Source: Phoronis australis (taxonomy: Eukaryota; Animalia; Phoronida). Taken from it: 64,000 nucleotides of DNA. Shown piece after piece: positions 13,957-27,921 of this stretch. The stretch spans positions 273,469-337,468 of the forward strand of contig NMRA01000044.1 of assembly GCA_002633005.1 (NCBI GenBank). The letters run 5' to 3'. The position numbers were made by a program, and so were the translations under genes. The notes under the pieces were generated by a model. The model made no database searches. It saw nothing but the letters and a program-made list of their open reading frames with translations, and was not told where the DNA came from. The stretch's first letter is position 1, and each line of letters begins with the position of its first letter.

Positions 13957-14397
13957 CAAGGCTTGGAATGACCAATGGCGAAAAACGCGGAAATTTGTAC
14001 GGCCGAAACATGCGCGCAGCCAGGCTTGAAAATGTCGGTGTGAACCTTTGACGACAAAATTCGGGAGGACTAAAAAAAATAAAAAAAAAAGATCGGCCTT
14101 AAGAAGCGTGCGTCTGCGTCTTTTTAGCTTGTCCGCCACTCCCACCTCCACACATTTTTGGCTGCAGAGTCACTATCCTAGATGCCCCGGCAATGTTGAC
14201 AATTTACGTTCCTCCGAAACATAAAGAGCAACTTCCGCTTTTCGAGGTGAAAGTCGCCGGCAACGCCGCGGTAAGAAATTTGCTGCGGAAGTTTTATATC
14301 AAATCCAACTTTTTTACGCGGAAATATAATAAAATACGCGGACAGAACATTTGAAAAAAGCGGAAATCCGCGTTTCCGCGAAAAATTCCAAGCCTTG
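13957..14397 (+). mobile_element. hAT-like MITE with 6-bp TSD (copy 1)
   Basis: TIRs CAAGGCTTGGAAT / ATTCCAAGCCTTG flanked by TTTGGG on both sides; CGCGGAAA subterminal repeats; homologous to 41154-41624. Confidence 0.88.
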
Positions 14398-17300
14398 TTT
14401 GGGAACACGACCAACTAATACCGTGTAGTTTTCCAGAAACATTTCAGGGATTACAGGAGAACGACACTGTCCCTATTCGAAAATGACTCCTAATTCATAC
14501 ACAACCTCAAAGTGAAGTGTGGCCTAGAATACAAGAAATGTCATTAAACTGGTAATGAATAAAAACAAGCAGCAGAACTGATCATTTAACCACATGTTAA
14601 AAGCCATAAACTACAACAACAACTGTTCTAAATTCATGAGCTCTTAATAAATGGTTTTATGTGAATGACTGGCAGCCAATGTGTCAATTGCTAGAAATTT
14701 TGAAGAACACATTGTTGAATGCCAAGCACTTCCTCATTATACCCCTCAAAAAAATCAAATGCTTTCAAACTTAACACGCTTCCTATACATGGGCACTTCT
14801 CTCACGTAATGGATGGGGTGCCACAACATCTTATCAATGCCACATCTTAAAAATTCAGATCAATACTACAACTGGGTAACTGAATACCCAAAACACTAAA
14901 AAAAATGTCTGCATGATGTTTTTGGGTGTTGCTGGGCGTAAGGTCCAGTTCCGGGTGTCCCAATTTTTTATTTTGAGATGCTGCCAACTATGACATCAAC
15001 CAATGACTGTAAGGACAAAACACCTACGAGGGTCGACGGCATGCCCCTTTCAAACCTTTTGTTACACGATCCCAATATTGTGGATCTTTCACCAAAATAA
15101 TATGAGGCAATCTATTATTAATTTCAGGTAAATGTATGCCGTTAAACCAGAAATTTATTGAACGCCGTGGTTCATCATAATTGTGAAATGAACTTGGAGA
15201 AAACTATTTCCCCAGCAAACCAAAAAGGAAATTGTAACACTGGACAGCATAAATAATTCATTAATTACCCATTTAAATCTGTACAGCTTGTCAAATCAAA
15301 CAAAATGGAGAACAGAAACTGGATTGCAACTAACAGTGGTTTTACTCAAACTTTTGGATTTACAGTTTTGTTAGAAACTGGCACCTAAGTCGGACGTTTC
15401 CTTGCTACAAATTTCACTTTAATACATCAAACTATATTTAAAACAGACACATCACAATTACTTCACTTCAGCATGTGTTAAATTAAAGTTAATCATTGAC
15501 CAGTGCATATTACTGTCACACAACTGAAGGCAGAACACAGAAATTTAGTGCATTTCACTTCAGATACTTGCACACCGATCTGCATAAGTAGTGAGTCATT
15601 CAATAGCCAAATTATATATATCACTCACTAATCACAAAAATAGTGCAGGCAATCAGACAAACCGGAACAATTGTGTAAAATTGGGGTGTTCTTGTGAGAG
15701 ATAAATGATGACCGCTTCAAACAACATGAGTCAGCAATGGTTAAAAAATTAGTGGCTCGTTAGGTAGATGGACTTCAAAATACCCGGTGGCTGGACATAG
15801 CAAACATAATGGTCAAATATCAAAAGAAACCATTGCAGAAAAGGTTTCTAAATAGTTCCCTAACGCTACATGGAGACCATGTGTTCAGTAACTGTGACAG
15901 ACCTATGTGATTCAGAACTGGGGTAGGGACTAGGGAAGCAATTCTTTTATTTTTTGCCAAGGGTGTGCTGCTAGAAAATTAGGACAATCACCTTTCACAA
16001 ACAAACATAAAAAGATCATACTAAAAAGTAACTATTTTATGTTTTTTTGGTTAGAAAAGAACTTCTTTTGTGGAGAATTCAATCCGAAAAAGAACCATTC
16101 GTGTGGACCATAACACCCATCTTAGCACCAAGTCCCATACACAACTTCTTTCCAAAAAAGGGCTCACAGCCGATTGGCCACAATAATTTTGAGTCCCATC
16201 AGTAACTTGCAGCTGATTGGCTACCAGTCACTGGTCATAGACTCATAGCTAAGGTCACAGTATTTCTGAGTGGGCTAAATGGAACATGGTTGATTTAGTT
16301 ACTGTCAGAATGGAGAGAATTACAACTCTGCACAAACAGGCATCAAATAAAGAAGCAACTGGAGTATTAAGTTCCAAGGATGTCACTTGATGATCACCAA
16401 GAATGCTTTTTATAACATGCACCAGAAATAGATCACAACACGAGGTATCACCATAGCGGTATCCTCATGCAACTGGGAAACAATGTTTAGGACCATACAG
16501 CGTTATTTTAATAAGGTCAAGGTGAAATTGCAAACTTGAGTAAATCAAGTTAGCAACAGTGAATCGTTGCATTGAAGTAATTGAGGATATTCGGATGTTC
16601 AGTGTGACGAATGACGTTAACGTTGGACCCAGTCAAATAACATTACAATGCCAAAGTTAAAAATAGCAATAATTAGGTCAGATTTACATAACAGTGTTAA
16701 TGTCTAAGCATAAGTGCTCGAAATGTTACCTGGTTGTGTACCAGGTAAACCTTATCATTTGCATGTGTCACTGCTGTCGGAACACACTGATTAATCACAA
16801 TTTTGTAAAAAATTTCAAGTTCAAAGTTGCCACTGTGGTTATCTGAATCAGAAAATCCAAGACAGGCAAAATTTTTGAAAATGTGATGCGACTGCATTTC
16901 TGTTCCACGTCATGTCATAATAGTGACAGAGATGTCATCACAAAACATCCGAATACATTTGGTCCATAGTGCTACCATAGGTAAAGCCAAAAAATATAGT
17001 TGGTTCAGGTCTCAATCTACCCATCTCATTTTGAAACATGTGCTTAACAAGTTAAAACAAAATAAAAATCGTATCAATTTCAGCCACGTCATTATTGCTT
17101 GCCTCAGGCATGTTTTCTTTTCAGAGAACACGGACAACTAAAATATGATGCATCATCGATTCGATTTTCCAAACAAAAACACCACCAACCATATTTTTTG
17201 GCTTAACAAGGAAAACTATATCACACAATAGAAAATAAACTTAAAAGGTGCCACCCTCAAAACAAGAACCAAGAGGATGGTAAAGATGCACAAAGTTTCA

Positions 17301-18063
17301 AAATCAACTGCATAAACGGTCTCGTGCCTTTAATTAAAATATTTACAAAAATCAATTCTTCGTCTTGTGAAACTAAGAGCTGTCATCAATTAATTCATAA
17401 TTCATTAGGCAGTCCGAGACAAAATTGACGAGCAGATTAAATTCCTACGCACAGCTGATCAGCAAATGAAGTCGTGTGACTCACTAGCAGTCACTCACTC
17501 ACACACACAAGAGACAACTCTGCATCATGGCTGTGTTTAATCTCTCAACTTAACAAAACACCTTGACAAAAGGGCTTGACATTGCAGCCCAGCAAATATG
17601 CCTTCAGGGGTTTACTCAGTGATATGTTAGATACCCCAGTTCCTGCTGCTTTGTTTTAAACAGGGAAAAGTGATTAGTCCAAGCCACACTGCAGACACAC
17701 TGGTGCCAGACTAGACAATATGTTACCTGGAAACTTGCCTGCAATGAAAACAGAACAGGTATCATTAAACAGTTCAGTTTCACGTAGCCACAGTAACCAA
17801 CCAGTATAGTCAATTAATAGACACTGTTCGAAAGTGGTCACTGAAAGACTATTTGTGACCTTCTTAGTGACAAATTAATTTTCTTTAGTCAGACCACAAA
17901 GAATTTTCAGTCTGACAACAGCATATACCAGATAAAACATTTCTTACATTTTTGGTATATAAATCAGTAAAAATAGCTTAAAATTACAGGATGATGTTAC
18001 CCCATGCAAATTTCAACATTAATTTACAAAATGATGAATAACCACTTTCCAAACACCAATCAG

Positions 18064-18301
18064 CCGTATTTACCCACAATGCTGCGTATTTACCCACAAT
18101 ACCGTGTATTTACTCACAATGCTCTGTATTTACCCACAATACCGTGTATTTACTCACAATGCTGCATATTTACCCACAATGCTGCATAGTGCATATTTAC
18201 CCACAATGCTGCGTATTTACCCACAATGCTGCGTATTTACCCACAATGCTCTGTATTTACCCACAATACCGCGTATTTATTCACAATGCTGCATATTTAC
18301 C
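18064..18301. repeat. 20-bp minisatellite, ~12 copies
   Basis: Unit GTATTTACCCACAATGCTGC with ACCGT/GCTCT variants; explains the repetitive ORFs at 18004-18441. Confidence 0.95.
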
Positions 18302-18733
18302 TAAAATCTTGTGCCACAGTTGTACGCAGCGACCGTGTTAATCACTATTTTGCATTAACACAAGTTTTCCATTTTCACAAGAAAATTTCATTTTGCATAG
18401 CAATTGCAAACACATACATTGTTCTTCACTTGTGCCACTAGGCTCAGAAGTGTGTGAACCCCTTATCTATGGAGAACTTAAGGTCAATAATATGTGTTTT
18501 CCTACCTCCACAAAAGGGAAGAAAGAGTTAAATACGGGATGTTGGAATTCAAGAATATCAGATAAAAACACATAAGCACAGGTGTAGCGTAAGTCAGTCA
18601 CAGTATAATGCTAAAATTGGTTTAACGTTTCGTTTCGTTCGTTTCGTGGTGTAATTTCTGAAGGGCATAAATTATGTACAGCTAACATTTTGCTTCAGCT
18701 TAAATAATAAAAAATGAAGGCAACAATCACAAC

Positions 18734-18931
18734 AGACCTTATGCACGCAGTCACCATTTTAAAATGAGCCTCTTTTTAGGTTAAAAAACAATGCATTTGA
18801 GACATAAATATAATGAGGCACGCGAACAAAAAAAATAATCACACTTTGTGTTATGACTAAGCGCAAAATGCATTGTTTTTAAAACCTAAAAGAGGCTCAC
18901 TTTTAAAATGTCGACTGCGTGAATAAGGCGT
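18734..18931. mobile_element. Fold-back MITE, ~200 bp
   Basis: ~70-bp imperfect TIRs (CCTTATGCACGCAGTC...GAGCCTCTTTT...AACAATGCATTT and its complement). Confidence 0.8.
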
Positions 18932-19202
18932 ATACTGATATTTTGACAGTTTTTGCTAATTTCTCAACACATATATAGCAAGCAAATTTTGTATGAATTT
19001 TGCTTAAACTTAAGCATGGTGTATCCAATTAGATGTGAAAATTTCTAATATACAAATGTATAACATTTCTTCAAGTCACTGGCAAGACACTTTTATTCTC
19101 CCAAGACAATAAAAGAACATAATTGGTAACTCATTTCCAGACTCACTCTAATTCAATTACTTTTGAAATTTCCATATGCTCTTGCAACTGACCATTTAAC
19201 TA

Positions 19203-19305
19203 CCGTAATCGTTCGGGTTAACGCCCATGCTCAGTTAACCGCCCTCCCCCGATTTTTTGGATTCGCCAATTTAACCGCTCAGGGCGTTAACCCGAACGAT
19301 TACGG
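19203..19305. mobile_element. 103-bp miniature derivative (MITE) of the 21989-23803 family
   Basis: Perfect TIRs CCGTAATCGTTCGGGTTAACGCCC with TA flanks; left and right ends match the long copy. Confidence 0.92.
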
Positions 19306-20513
19306 TAATATCTTCAGATTTGTGGACATTGCGACCAATGTCTTTAAAGATGAAATAATAAATATTTGAAGACAACAAAAACAAGGTTCAAACACAAACA
19401 GCGCATCCTGTGTGGTAAAAAATGACTCACGCTTTATTTAACCACTGTTCAGTGATATAGACATTAATGTTTGAATTGTGATCAAATCTGAGCCAGCCAG
19501 ATAATTGTGTTGGGGCTGTGGCTAACAACAGACAAGAGACACCACACTCTGCCCCATTACCTGAGGCCACTCACACACCTGAGCAGAGTGAACTAAAACT
19601 GATCTGGCCAACAACTTGTAGATAACAGTGGAAGAGACAGACAAGAGTTTGTTTATTGTTCCACCATGACAACAGAGGTTGCTGATTAAAATAGTTGCTT
19701 AAGAGTGAAACCACAATATCACCTAGGAGAGGACAGAAAATGATTGTACCAATCGTCAATATACGAAAAAAATATGACATACACAAATGTGGAATTTTAT
19801 TTTCCATAAAATATAACTAATACCATAAAGCATTAATTATTAACTAATTAATTAATTAAAGACTTCTCCCATGGCTACCACCAGTTGTTTTAGATTTTGA
19901 TAACATTCAGTATAAGAAGTTAGCAACAGATCAATTCTGGCATAGTTTTGTCTTAAATAGATGAGATTTCAAAACAACAAACAGAAAATTGTAACTGGTG
20001 AGATTAAATTGTAACAAATAGAAAAATGTAATTGAATACAGCTCAGATAAAAAAGTGTAACAGCAACACTCATGTTTTTGAACAGTACAACTATTAACAG
20101 TCAAGACGGAAAAAATGACTATACGTTTCACAAACATCCACAGAGTATGACATGGGTTTTCTCAATAAATTTCCCATTCCATTACCCAAAAGTAAACTCC
20201 TTGAAATGTTTGCCTCTAAAACCACAACTTTGACAGCAAAATATACACTTTAGAAAGGCTCTATTTCCCAGGTTTCAGAAGAGTGCAATGTGATAGCCAA
20301 TCCACACCACAGGGCCAATACAATTTGTGTCAAAAACAGACCGTGGAATATTTTCAAATGTTTGAAATGGAAAAAAAAATCAAGCAGTTGACCTGTCAAT
20401 TAATGTAAACAGGAAATAGAGAAATATTGAGATCAACAGAAGGTTCAAACCACAAAACAAACAAGAGAATCTTGCAATGAGAAATCTTGGCTTGTGCAAT
20501 GGAACTACAGTAC

Positions 20514-20603
20514 AAATTCTGCACTTTGGGACACTGAAATTCAAGCCAAAATTGAACTTTAAAGATACTGAACATAAGGACATGGTCAATTTTGGCATTC
20601 ACC
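20514..20603. repeat. Dispersed repeat fragment (also ~45085-45156 same strand and ~13125-13190 reverse)
   Basis: Shared TTGGGACACTGAAATT.AAGC.AAAATTGAA core. Confidence 0.6.
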
Positions 20604-20855
20604 ATATTTCTGAAATATTGGACACTGTGCTGTGTATAAATGGCGTCTGTACGTAAGACTTGGCAGTTCATAAAATTGTTGGAATTAGTTGGCAGGCAAC
20701 GTTATAATTGTTTCCCCATAGTGCATATCATCGAGGTGAATGATCGTTTGTTGTTTTCGTAATTCTGGAATTTGGGATGACCAACAATGGGCATTTTTAA
20801 AACTTGGTACAAAGTCCAATCTTGTGCAGAATGATTTGCACTGTCCTAAACTGGA

Positions 20856-20917
20856 TTTTTTTACCGTGATGAGCATTATGGATGCATTTTTTTACCGTGA
20901 TGAGCATTATGGATGCA
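20856..20917. repeat. 31-bp tandem duplication
   Basis: TTTTTTTACCGTGATGAGCATTATGGATGCA twice. Confidence 0.9.
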
Positions 20918-21988
20918 TGGGAACTGTTAACTCCCACAATTCATCACTCTATACAACTATCCAACCATAATTCATCACCCTGTATGCTGTATGACTATCA
21001 AATCACTTCGGAGGTGACCATCTTGCCTGTGTACCAGGGATTGGGATCAGCTTCTGTCTAAACAATCTAGCAGTAAACTGGAGTGATGTCTGCAACACAC
21101 ACAAGAACCTAGCAAAGCATGTTGAGCACATCTACTTTATGCCCGAGATGTTCATCGGTGAATCACACTTGGAAGTTTGAATGTCTCAGAACAACGACAT
21201 GCTCACTGACAAGTTAAAATTATTGTTCTTGAAATAGAGAAAATCTGATTGTTGCAACCCACATAAAAATTTTACAATAAAGCCTGTATTTCACCATGTT
21301 TAGTGGGCTAAAAAATAAAATCGCAAATTGGGCCTTTTACTCTCATAAAATCAATTCCACAATTTTCCTCAACATCATAAAATTCTATTTCTGTTACGAA
21401 CAAGTCACTGGGAGGGCTATAGTCCCCCACTTTTTTTCAGTGCTATGCCGCACATGGTCTAAAGGCGATGTACCGCAGGGGGCTGAGGGGGCTTTAGCCC
21501 CCCCCCCACTTTTTCCAGTGCTGCGCCGCCCAAGTATTGGAAACCCAGATAGTATACTGTCATGGTAAGGAATACTACGAGATAGGTTTTAAGAGAGTAA
21601 AAACCCAATTCGGTTTTAGCCAGCTAAACAGGGTGAAATGCCTCATTCAGAAAGCTGCAATAAAAATGGGCACAGCACACCATGACTAATATTTTCGAAA
21701 ATATGCAATCAAGTCAGGCAATGCCTGTGCATTCAAAGCCCACTAACCAATTAGCTAATCCATGACAAACCTAATCTAGCGCGTTATCTAATATGACAAG
21801 GAAATCTTATTATTACAGAGTTCTATGAAATATGGAATAGTAACGCCTCTTCTCTGCCCCTACACACAATTATCACTGCACGTTTTCTTGAGGTCACCAG
21901 ATTTTCTGAATAAACTACACTAGATCAGAGCATTAAAGTAATTAGACAAATCCAGAAAATTAATCTGCTTACTTAGACTTTTGTCCTA

Positions 21989-23803
21989 CCGTAAACGTTC
22001 GGGTTAACGCCCATGCTCAGTTAACCGCCCACCCCCTACTTTAGGTAGATTTTCGATTTAACCGCCCACTGCTCGGTTAAGCACCCCCCTGCTATTTTTG
22101 AAGATTTCCAGTTAAGCGCCCACCTCTCGGTTAAGCGCCCATCCCCGACTTTTAAAGAATGCAGATTTAGCGCCCAGTGCTAAGGAAACGCGCGATTCCC
22201 CGACTTTTAGAAAAAGATCGATGATCACTGTGAGCGCAACGACGCCGGGCCTCCGAGACGGTGGTTTAGAAATGTGAATTGCAATTATACAAGTAACGAG
22301 TTATTGTCTTGGGTCATGAACTCACTTCAAAATATTATACTTGAACGTTTTTGTCACTTTATTTTCTTCCCATGTTTGCAAAGTTTAAGAACGCTGCCGG
22401 CGTCAAAACCTCCGCTTTCAGCGACTTTGTCTGCCGCGCTGAGTTTTCGTCTGCAGTGCACTTGATAAAACATATATTCGAAAAAATCAGGCCAGAGAAA
22501 TGAGACAATGGAAGTATATGGTCACGCCCGTTTCTGTTACTTAGGACTGTCGCTATTCTCTTTTGATGTGTGACTTGTAGTGGTGCACGCGCGCAAGTTC
22601 CCACACTTCGGAGTGCATGTTACCTTGACACCAACATGTGATTGACAGGTGACTCGCACGTAGGCCCTACGCGCGTGCTGAATCCCGCCGCTATCTTTGG
22701 CCATAAAAAACGAGATGCATATTGAAAGAGGGCGTTATATTACTTGACGGCATTTCCAAGTCACGATTGTCAGCCGACTGAGACATTGCGCGCTAACAAC
22801 GGGACCGAACAGTGCCGCAGTGCGAAATTGCAAGTGGTATAAATAGGATAATCTGGACATCTTGCATGAAAAATAAATGTTTTTCCACCACGAAGTTTGG
22901 TAAGGTGATCGTTTATGAATTGAAACATCGCTGTTTTGTAACGTTTTATCGCATATTTATGCCGTGGCTCGAAATTTTATTCTCGATTGACGAGTGGCAC
23001 ACGGCCGCTTAACTCCGATTCTTGTCTTGGGCCTACTTCTTTGCCGAGCATGTTTGGCGCAACGGCAAGTGAGCGATGCCGGGCAGTCGAGATAAAACAG
23101 CAAGCCAAAGAACCATACGCTGAAAATGTCATTGCGTCACGGAGTGTTGACTATAAACATCCCAAACACAAAAACATCTGAATTAAGGTTTTCAAACTTT
23201 TATTACAACCAATTTTAAAACTGCTCTCTGACTATGAACTTGGCAGCTAGTACGACTGTAACCATAAATCTGATGTCTGCTTTGACCTCTGCAACACGTG
23301 AAGCTTGCACGCGCGCACTTTAGCAAGATGAAATAGTTGCAATCCAAGTAGAGGCTGCGTGGTCACTGGTCGTCTGCGACTCTGCGCTCTACACTACAGG
23401 GCTAAATAACAAGACTGCAGGACTGCACGGGGCTATTACTCAGCAATTCTGTAAATTTAATAGTGAATAACTAATCTGAGGGCATGACAACCTTTGTTAG
23501 GATCATCCGCTGTTATGACATTCTTCCCGTCATGTGGCGACGTGACGATAACGCTCTTTGAAAAGTGCTACGCGTTCCAAGTAGGCCTACGACTACGTGT
23601 GTGGTGTGGGTACTTAGATCACGAGGTAAGATTAACCGCCCAGGGCGCTTGCCTGTCATAATAAGCGCCCATGTTCGGTTAACCGCCCACCCTGGATTTT
23701 TTGAAGTTTCACGTTTGAGCGCCCATGTCTGGTTAACCGCCCACCCCCCATTTTTTGGGTTTGCCAATTTAACCGCCCAGGGCGTTAACCCGAACGTTTA
23801 CGG
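21989..23803. mobile_element. Non-autonomous Tc1/mariner (pogo/Tc2-type) DNA transposon, 1815 bp
   Basis: Perfect 24-bp TIRs CCGTAAACGTTCGGGTTAACGCCC, TA on both sides, multiple subterminal TTAACCGCCCA/TTAAGCGCCCA repeats; no transposase ORF seen. Confidence 0.92.
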
Positions 23804-24165
23804 TAATTACAGTATGAAACAGCAAGAGGGTACTCGTATGAAACATCAAGAGGGTACTTGAATAGATGAGCTAAACAGGATGGTCTAATCACTTGTGCCC
23901 TGTACTCACATTGCACACGACTTTGTATTCTTGTAATCTATTGTTCTCTACGACTAATTGGTGTTCTTGATCGACTTTTGAGCTTAGCACTCGCATACAA
24001 GTCGTCGGCTGAAGTAGAGCAGGCCTCATTTTGCTCCGATTTCTGATCGACTCGGGAGGAATCCAACATATATCACTTTCTGTCTACTGTATACACGCTC
24101 TGATTGTTGTATTAAAGTCACCGTACACTAGTGCTTCAAAAACCAGCCTATGCAGACAAGATTTC

Positions 24166-24259
24166 AAAGCCCCTTATTCACTTGAACCTTAGTTTTCCCG
24201 CTTATAAGAACAAAAAGCCCATTATTCACCTACCTTAGTTTTCCCACTTACAAGAACAA
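24166..24259. repeat. ~47-bp tandem duplication
   Basis: AAAGCCC.TTATTCAC...CCTTAGTTTTCCC.CTTA.AAGAACAA twice. Confidence 0.8.
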
Positions 24260-27200
24260 GTATGGCAAAGTTTTCTCCAATTCGAACAAAAATAATGGTC
24301 AAACCTCATTTTTTTATTTTTCAAACATCCACTGTATTCAGCCAAAATGTTCAAAAAACCATACACTAAGATTTTAAATAACCAAGTAAAATTGTCTTCT
24401 TTCTTACTCAAGTTGAAATTTTTGCCACATGGTGTTCTACCTTGAAGATAAGCTTTTCCAGATATTTAATAAAATTCTGAACTTGCTTCCTATTCAGTTT
24501 ATAAGTAATTTCTGGGCTTGGGATGATCTGAAACTTGCTATTTATAACTGAGCTTAATAAGTCAACCTTTAAAAATAAAGCAAAGGAGGAAGATTTCTCT
24601 GTATGAAAACTGGTTTAAGAGCCAACAAACTCTTGTAGTTGTTCAGGCAAATGAAATTTATTTTTTGTTCTTTCATGAGAGATCTGTCACACCAAATAAA
24701 TGCTTTATTAAACCATTATTGAATTCTATTCCATGGTAACCATCAGATGTTGTGAAATCGTGTGACAGGGCGATAACAACGTCAGCAGCCATTCAAAAAT
24801 GAGAAAGATCAGTTCTGGCAAATATTTAACAACAAACTGTAAGATTTCACCTTATTATGAACAATTTTAATCTCAATTCTGACAAAAGCATAAGAATACA
24901 ACCATGTTATTCGAAGCATAAATATACAATTGGATAAGGGCATTTTTAACATCAAAACCAGCGGGCACGTGAACACACTCAGTGTGGTGAAAAAACTTCA
25001 AAACTTCAAGAGTTCCAGGCATTCTCAAAAAATAATATTCAGAGATAGTAACAAATTCTTAAAATAATATAAAAGCTGTTGCATCAGGGAAGTTGTGAGA
25101 CGCACTGTACAAATTCAATCAATCATTTGGGTGGTCGACCAGAGCCAGACATATTCCAATAATTAAGCAATTAGGGAAAAAACAACAAAAAATCTTTAAA
25201 GATCGACAGTTTATCAGCAACAGCTCTTGGCTTACGTCAGATCCAGCCAGACAATCATTCATTAAAAAACAGACCAAGTCTACTGTATGAGAAAAGAGAG
25301 ACTGAGATAACACCGGCAATTAACGGATTTTGAGAAAAACAGGCCATCGAAATTAATTCAGCCAAGGCTCTAGGCTCAGACCATGACCAGTGGGGGTCTG
25401 ACAATGGATAGATACGGGGAAAGTTTGAAAGAGCACTCAACAGCAGAGTTTAGGCACTAAAGAGACCAGCAGAAGGGTCTCAGTCCTCTGAATCCACATC
25501 TCACGCTTTATAAAAAATCATCTCATTACAGAGGGTGGAGGCTGAAATTTAAAATCATCAATTTCACAGTAAACATGTAGATTTAACAGTGGAGCCTCAT
25601 CATCCCTTCAATACAGTGTGAAAAGTTAACATCAGTGTGATCAGGAGACAATGATGACAATAACAGCACACGAGTTATCATTTGGTCATCTTATTCAGAC
25701 ATTCACCATTCTACTAATTTGAGGGGAACTTCACTTCATTTACAGTAATCCTGATTTCTGAAACACATACATGTATGATTATTCACACCAAATGCATAAT
25801 GTTTTCGCGATGCCATCTGGCGATAACTTCGATGACCTGAGCACCAACAAGCTACAACGAACTACCTAGTCGGTTAACAACTGACAACATCTGAAAGTTT
25901 TAAATTAACTTTGCAGCTTACATCAACGCTTTTCCTTTATCAAAACAGCGAACAATTAAATTGTATTGTTAAGCAATCTCTTCCGTAATAAATCCCACGA
26001 CAGCATTATTGCCATACCACACCTGGTAGCGGCCACCACCTCACTCCACTAAAAGGAAGACATGGCCAATTTTGTTAAGTTCTAATTTCGACAAGCATAC
26101 ATGCTTGTATATTGACGAAAACAGAATGTCTTCCACTGAGGACTCATTACAAAGTAAAACAAAAAACAGCTCATTCCCATTAGCAAAACCACAAGCAGAA
26201 ATATCAATTACAGTCATGTAACATTAGGTGCCGCAGATAAATAAAAAACACACATGGAGAAAATAAGTTTTGTCAATTTCAAGAAAACGCTAATGTATGC
26301 GGCCTCCGGCGGTGTGGCGACATCATTTACGTATAACTGCTGGTAGATTCTTGCCGCTTAGCAAGCTACTGTTAACCCTTATGGACATTATGAAATATCA
26401 ATATGTAATTGTAAAAATAGCTGGACCTTGAAAAGTATTCATTAGCTCTGTCAATCAGGTATACCAATGGAGTTTCTCAGTCGATATATTTAGAAAAATC
26501 AAGTTGATGACGTTTCACTCAAGGACTACCAGACTTTCCATCAGGAGTTGTTACACAGATGAAGTACTGTCTCTGTCTGAAGAGAAATATTTCTTGTGTC
26601 AAATCTTGTAGGAGTGAGATCAGCACTACTTCACACCTGATGCAATTCTCGCCTTCTGCACGAGTATGTTTCGCACTGATCACTCTCCCATGCCGGGAGC
26701 TACGAAATAGCGTCACACCTCCAGATATGGCAGACAGGTCAGCAGCCTCACTTTCGCTCCTATGGAGATTCAAATGTTACCATCTGCCGTCTGAGAATTT
26801 ATTATTTCATATCATATTTTAAGTCATGTTACTGCTGCAATACTGGTTCCAGGAAGTGGAATAAGCTGGATAAATATTTATGGATGCGGGATGTTAATTT
26901 CATCTCTCCCGACAATAAATTCCATGATCAGCTGACACCACTGTAAAAATGTGCCTGTCGGGTGCACAGCGCCACCGTTGTATAATCGCTATAATTTTAC
27001 CTCACAGCCGAGAAGAGCGGTACTCGGTGGGAGTGCAGAATACAGGAATTAATACTCAAAATTATGTTCATCTGGGACTTTATTTAAGATCTAAAAAATA
27101 AATTATTTCACCCTCATTGATCACAAAAGCATTCTCCTTAACAAAAATATTCTTTACTATTACCGTAAAATCTAATCAATTTTAGACGAAACATTAATAG

Positions 27201-27550
27201 CCAAAATTGGTCCGTTTTCAATTTTCAAGGTGGTATGTTATATATCTGCCAGTCAAAATGAACACATTTTGTGACTTTGTAATTTGCAAGATGGTCATAA
27301 TTTCTCAAAATACAATTTCTCAAAATATTCCGTCAGGTGTTGGGGACTTCCACAACTTGAACGTGGAAAGGCATTAATTTGGAGCCGCGTATATTTATGC
27401 AAATAATAGGAAATAACTTTTCACTTGTCCTCCATATTGCGTCCTAAATGCGAAAGATTTTACTGTACACTTCTTTTCCCCAAAGCTTGGAATTCTACGT
27501 TAGCACAAGCAAAGTGCAAATCTATTTCGTTTTTTTGTGAAATGCCTTAA

Positions 27551-27921
27551 AGACAACTATGCTAATGCATCGCAGGAACAAAACAACAATGCTATTTGAA
27601 AATCATGTACCCTAAACAAAGTGCAGTTGTATTCACTGACAACTTGTAAATGTGAAAAGAAAAAAAATCTGCAAATAGGTGACCTTTGCACTAATGACGT
27701 ACGTTGGGGGCTCACATAGCCCACATCATGCAGTGTTGTTCCCCAACATCATGACATGATACTTACTGGACATGGCCGAGTGATTTACGGAGGATCATTT
27801 GCGACACAAATATCGAAACACGTTTCGCACTTTTCAACCTATTTCATGCACACATCGTTGTGGTGTTTCTAACTAATTTGACCAAGCATTTCAAGCAAGG
27901 AACTAGAATGCAAATTCCACT
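27551..27921 (-). mobile_element. TTAA-flanked Kolobok-like non-autonomous element (copy 1)
   Basis: TTAA|AG...CT|TTAA; colinear reverse-complement match to 34545-34911. Confidence 0.7.

Noticed and set aside
18004-18441. Repetitive ORFs (YLPTML/IYPQ)
   Set aside because: Stop-free translations of the 20-bp minisatellite.
20866-20917. Box C motifs (GTGATGA) suggesting a C/D snoRNA
   Set aside because: They arise from a 31-bp duplication; no suitably placed CTGA box D or terminal stem.
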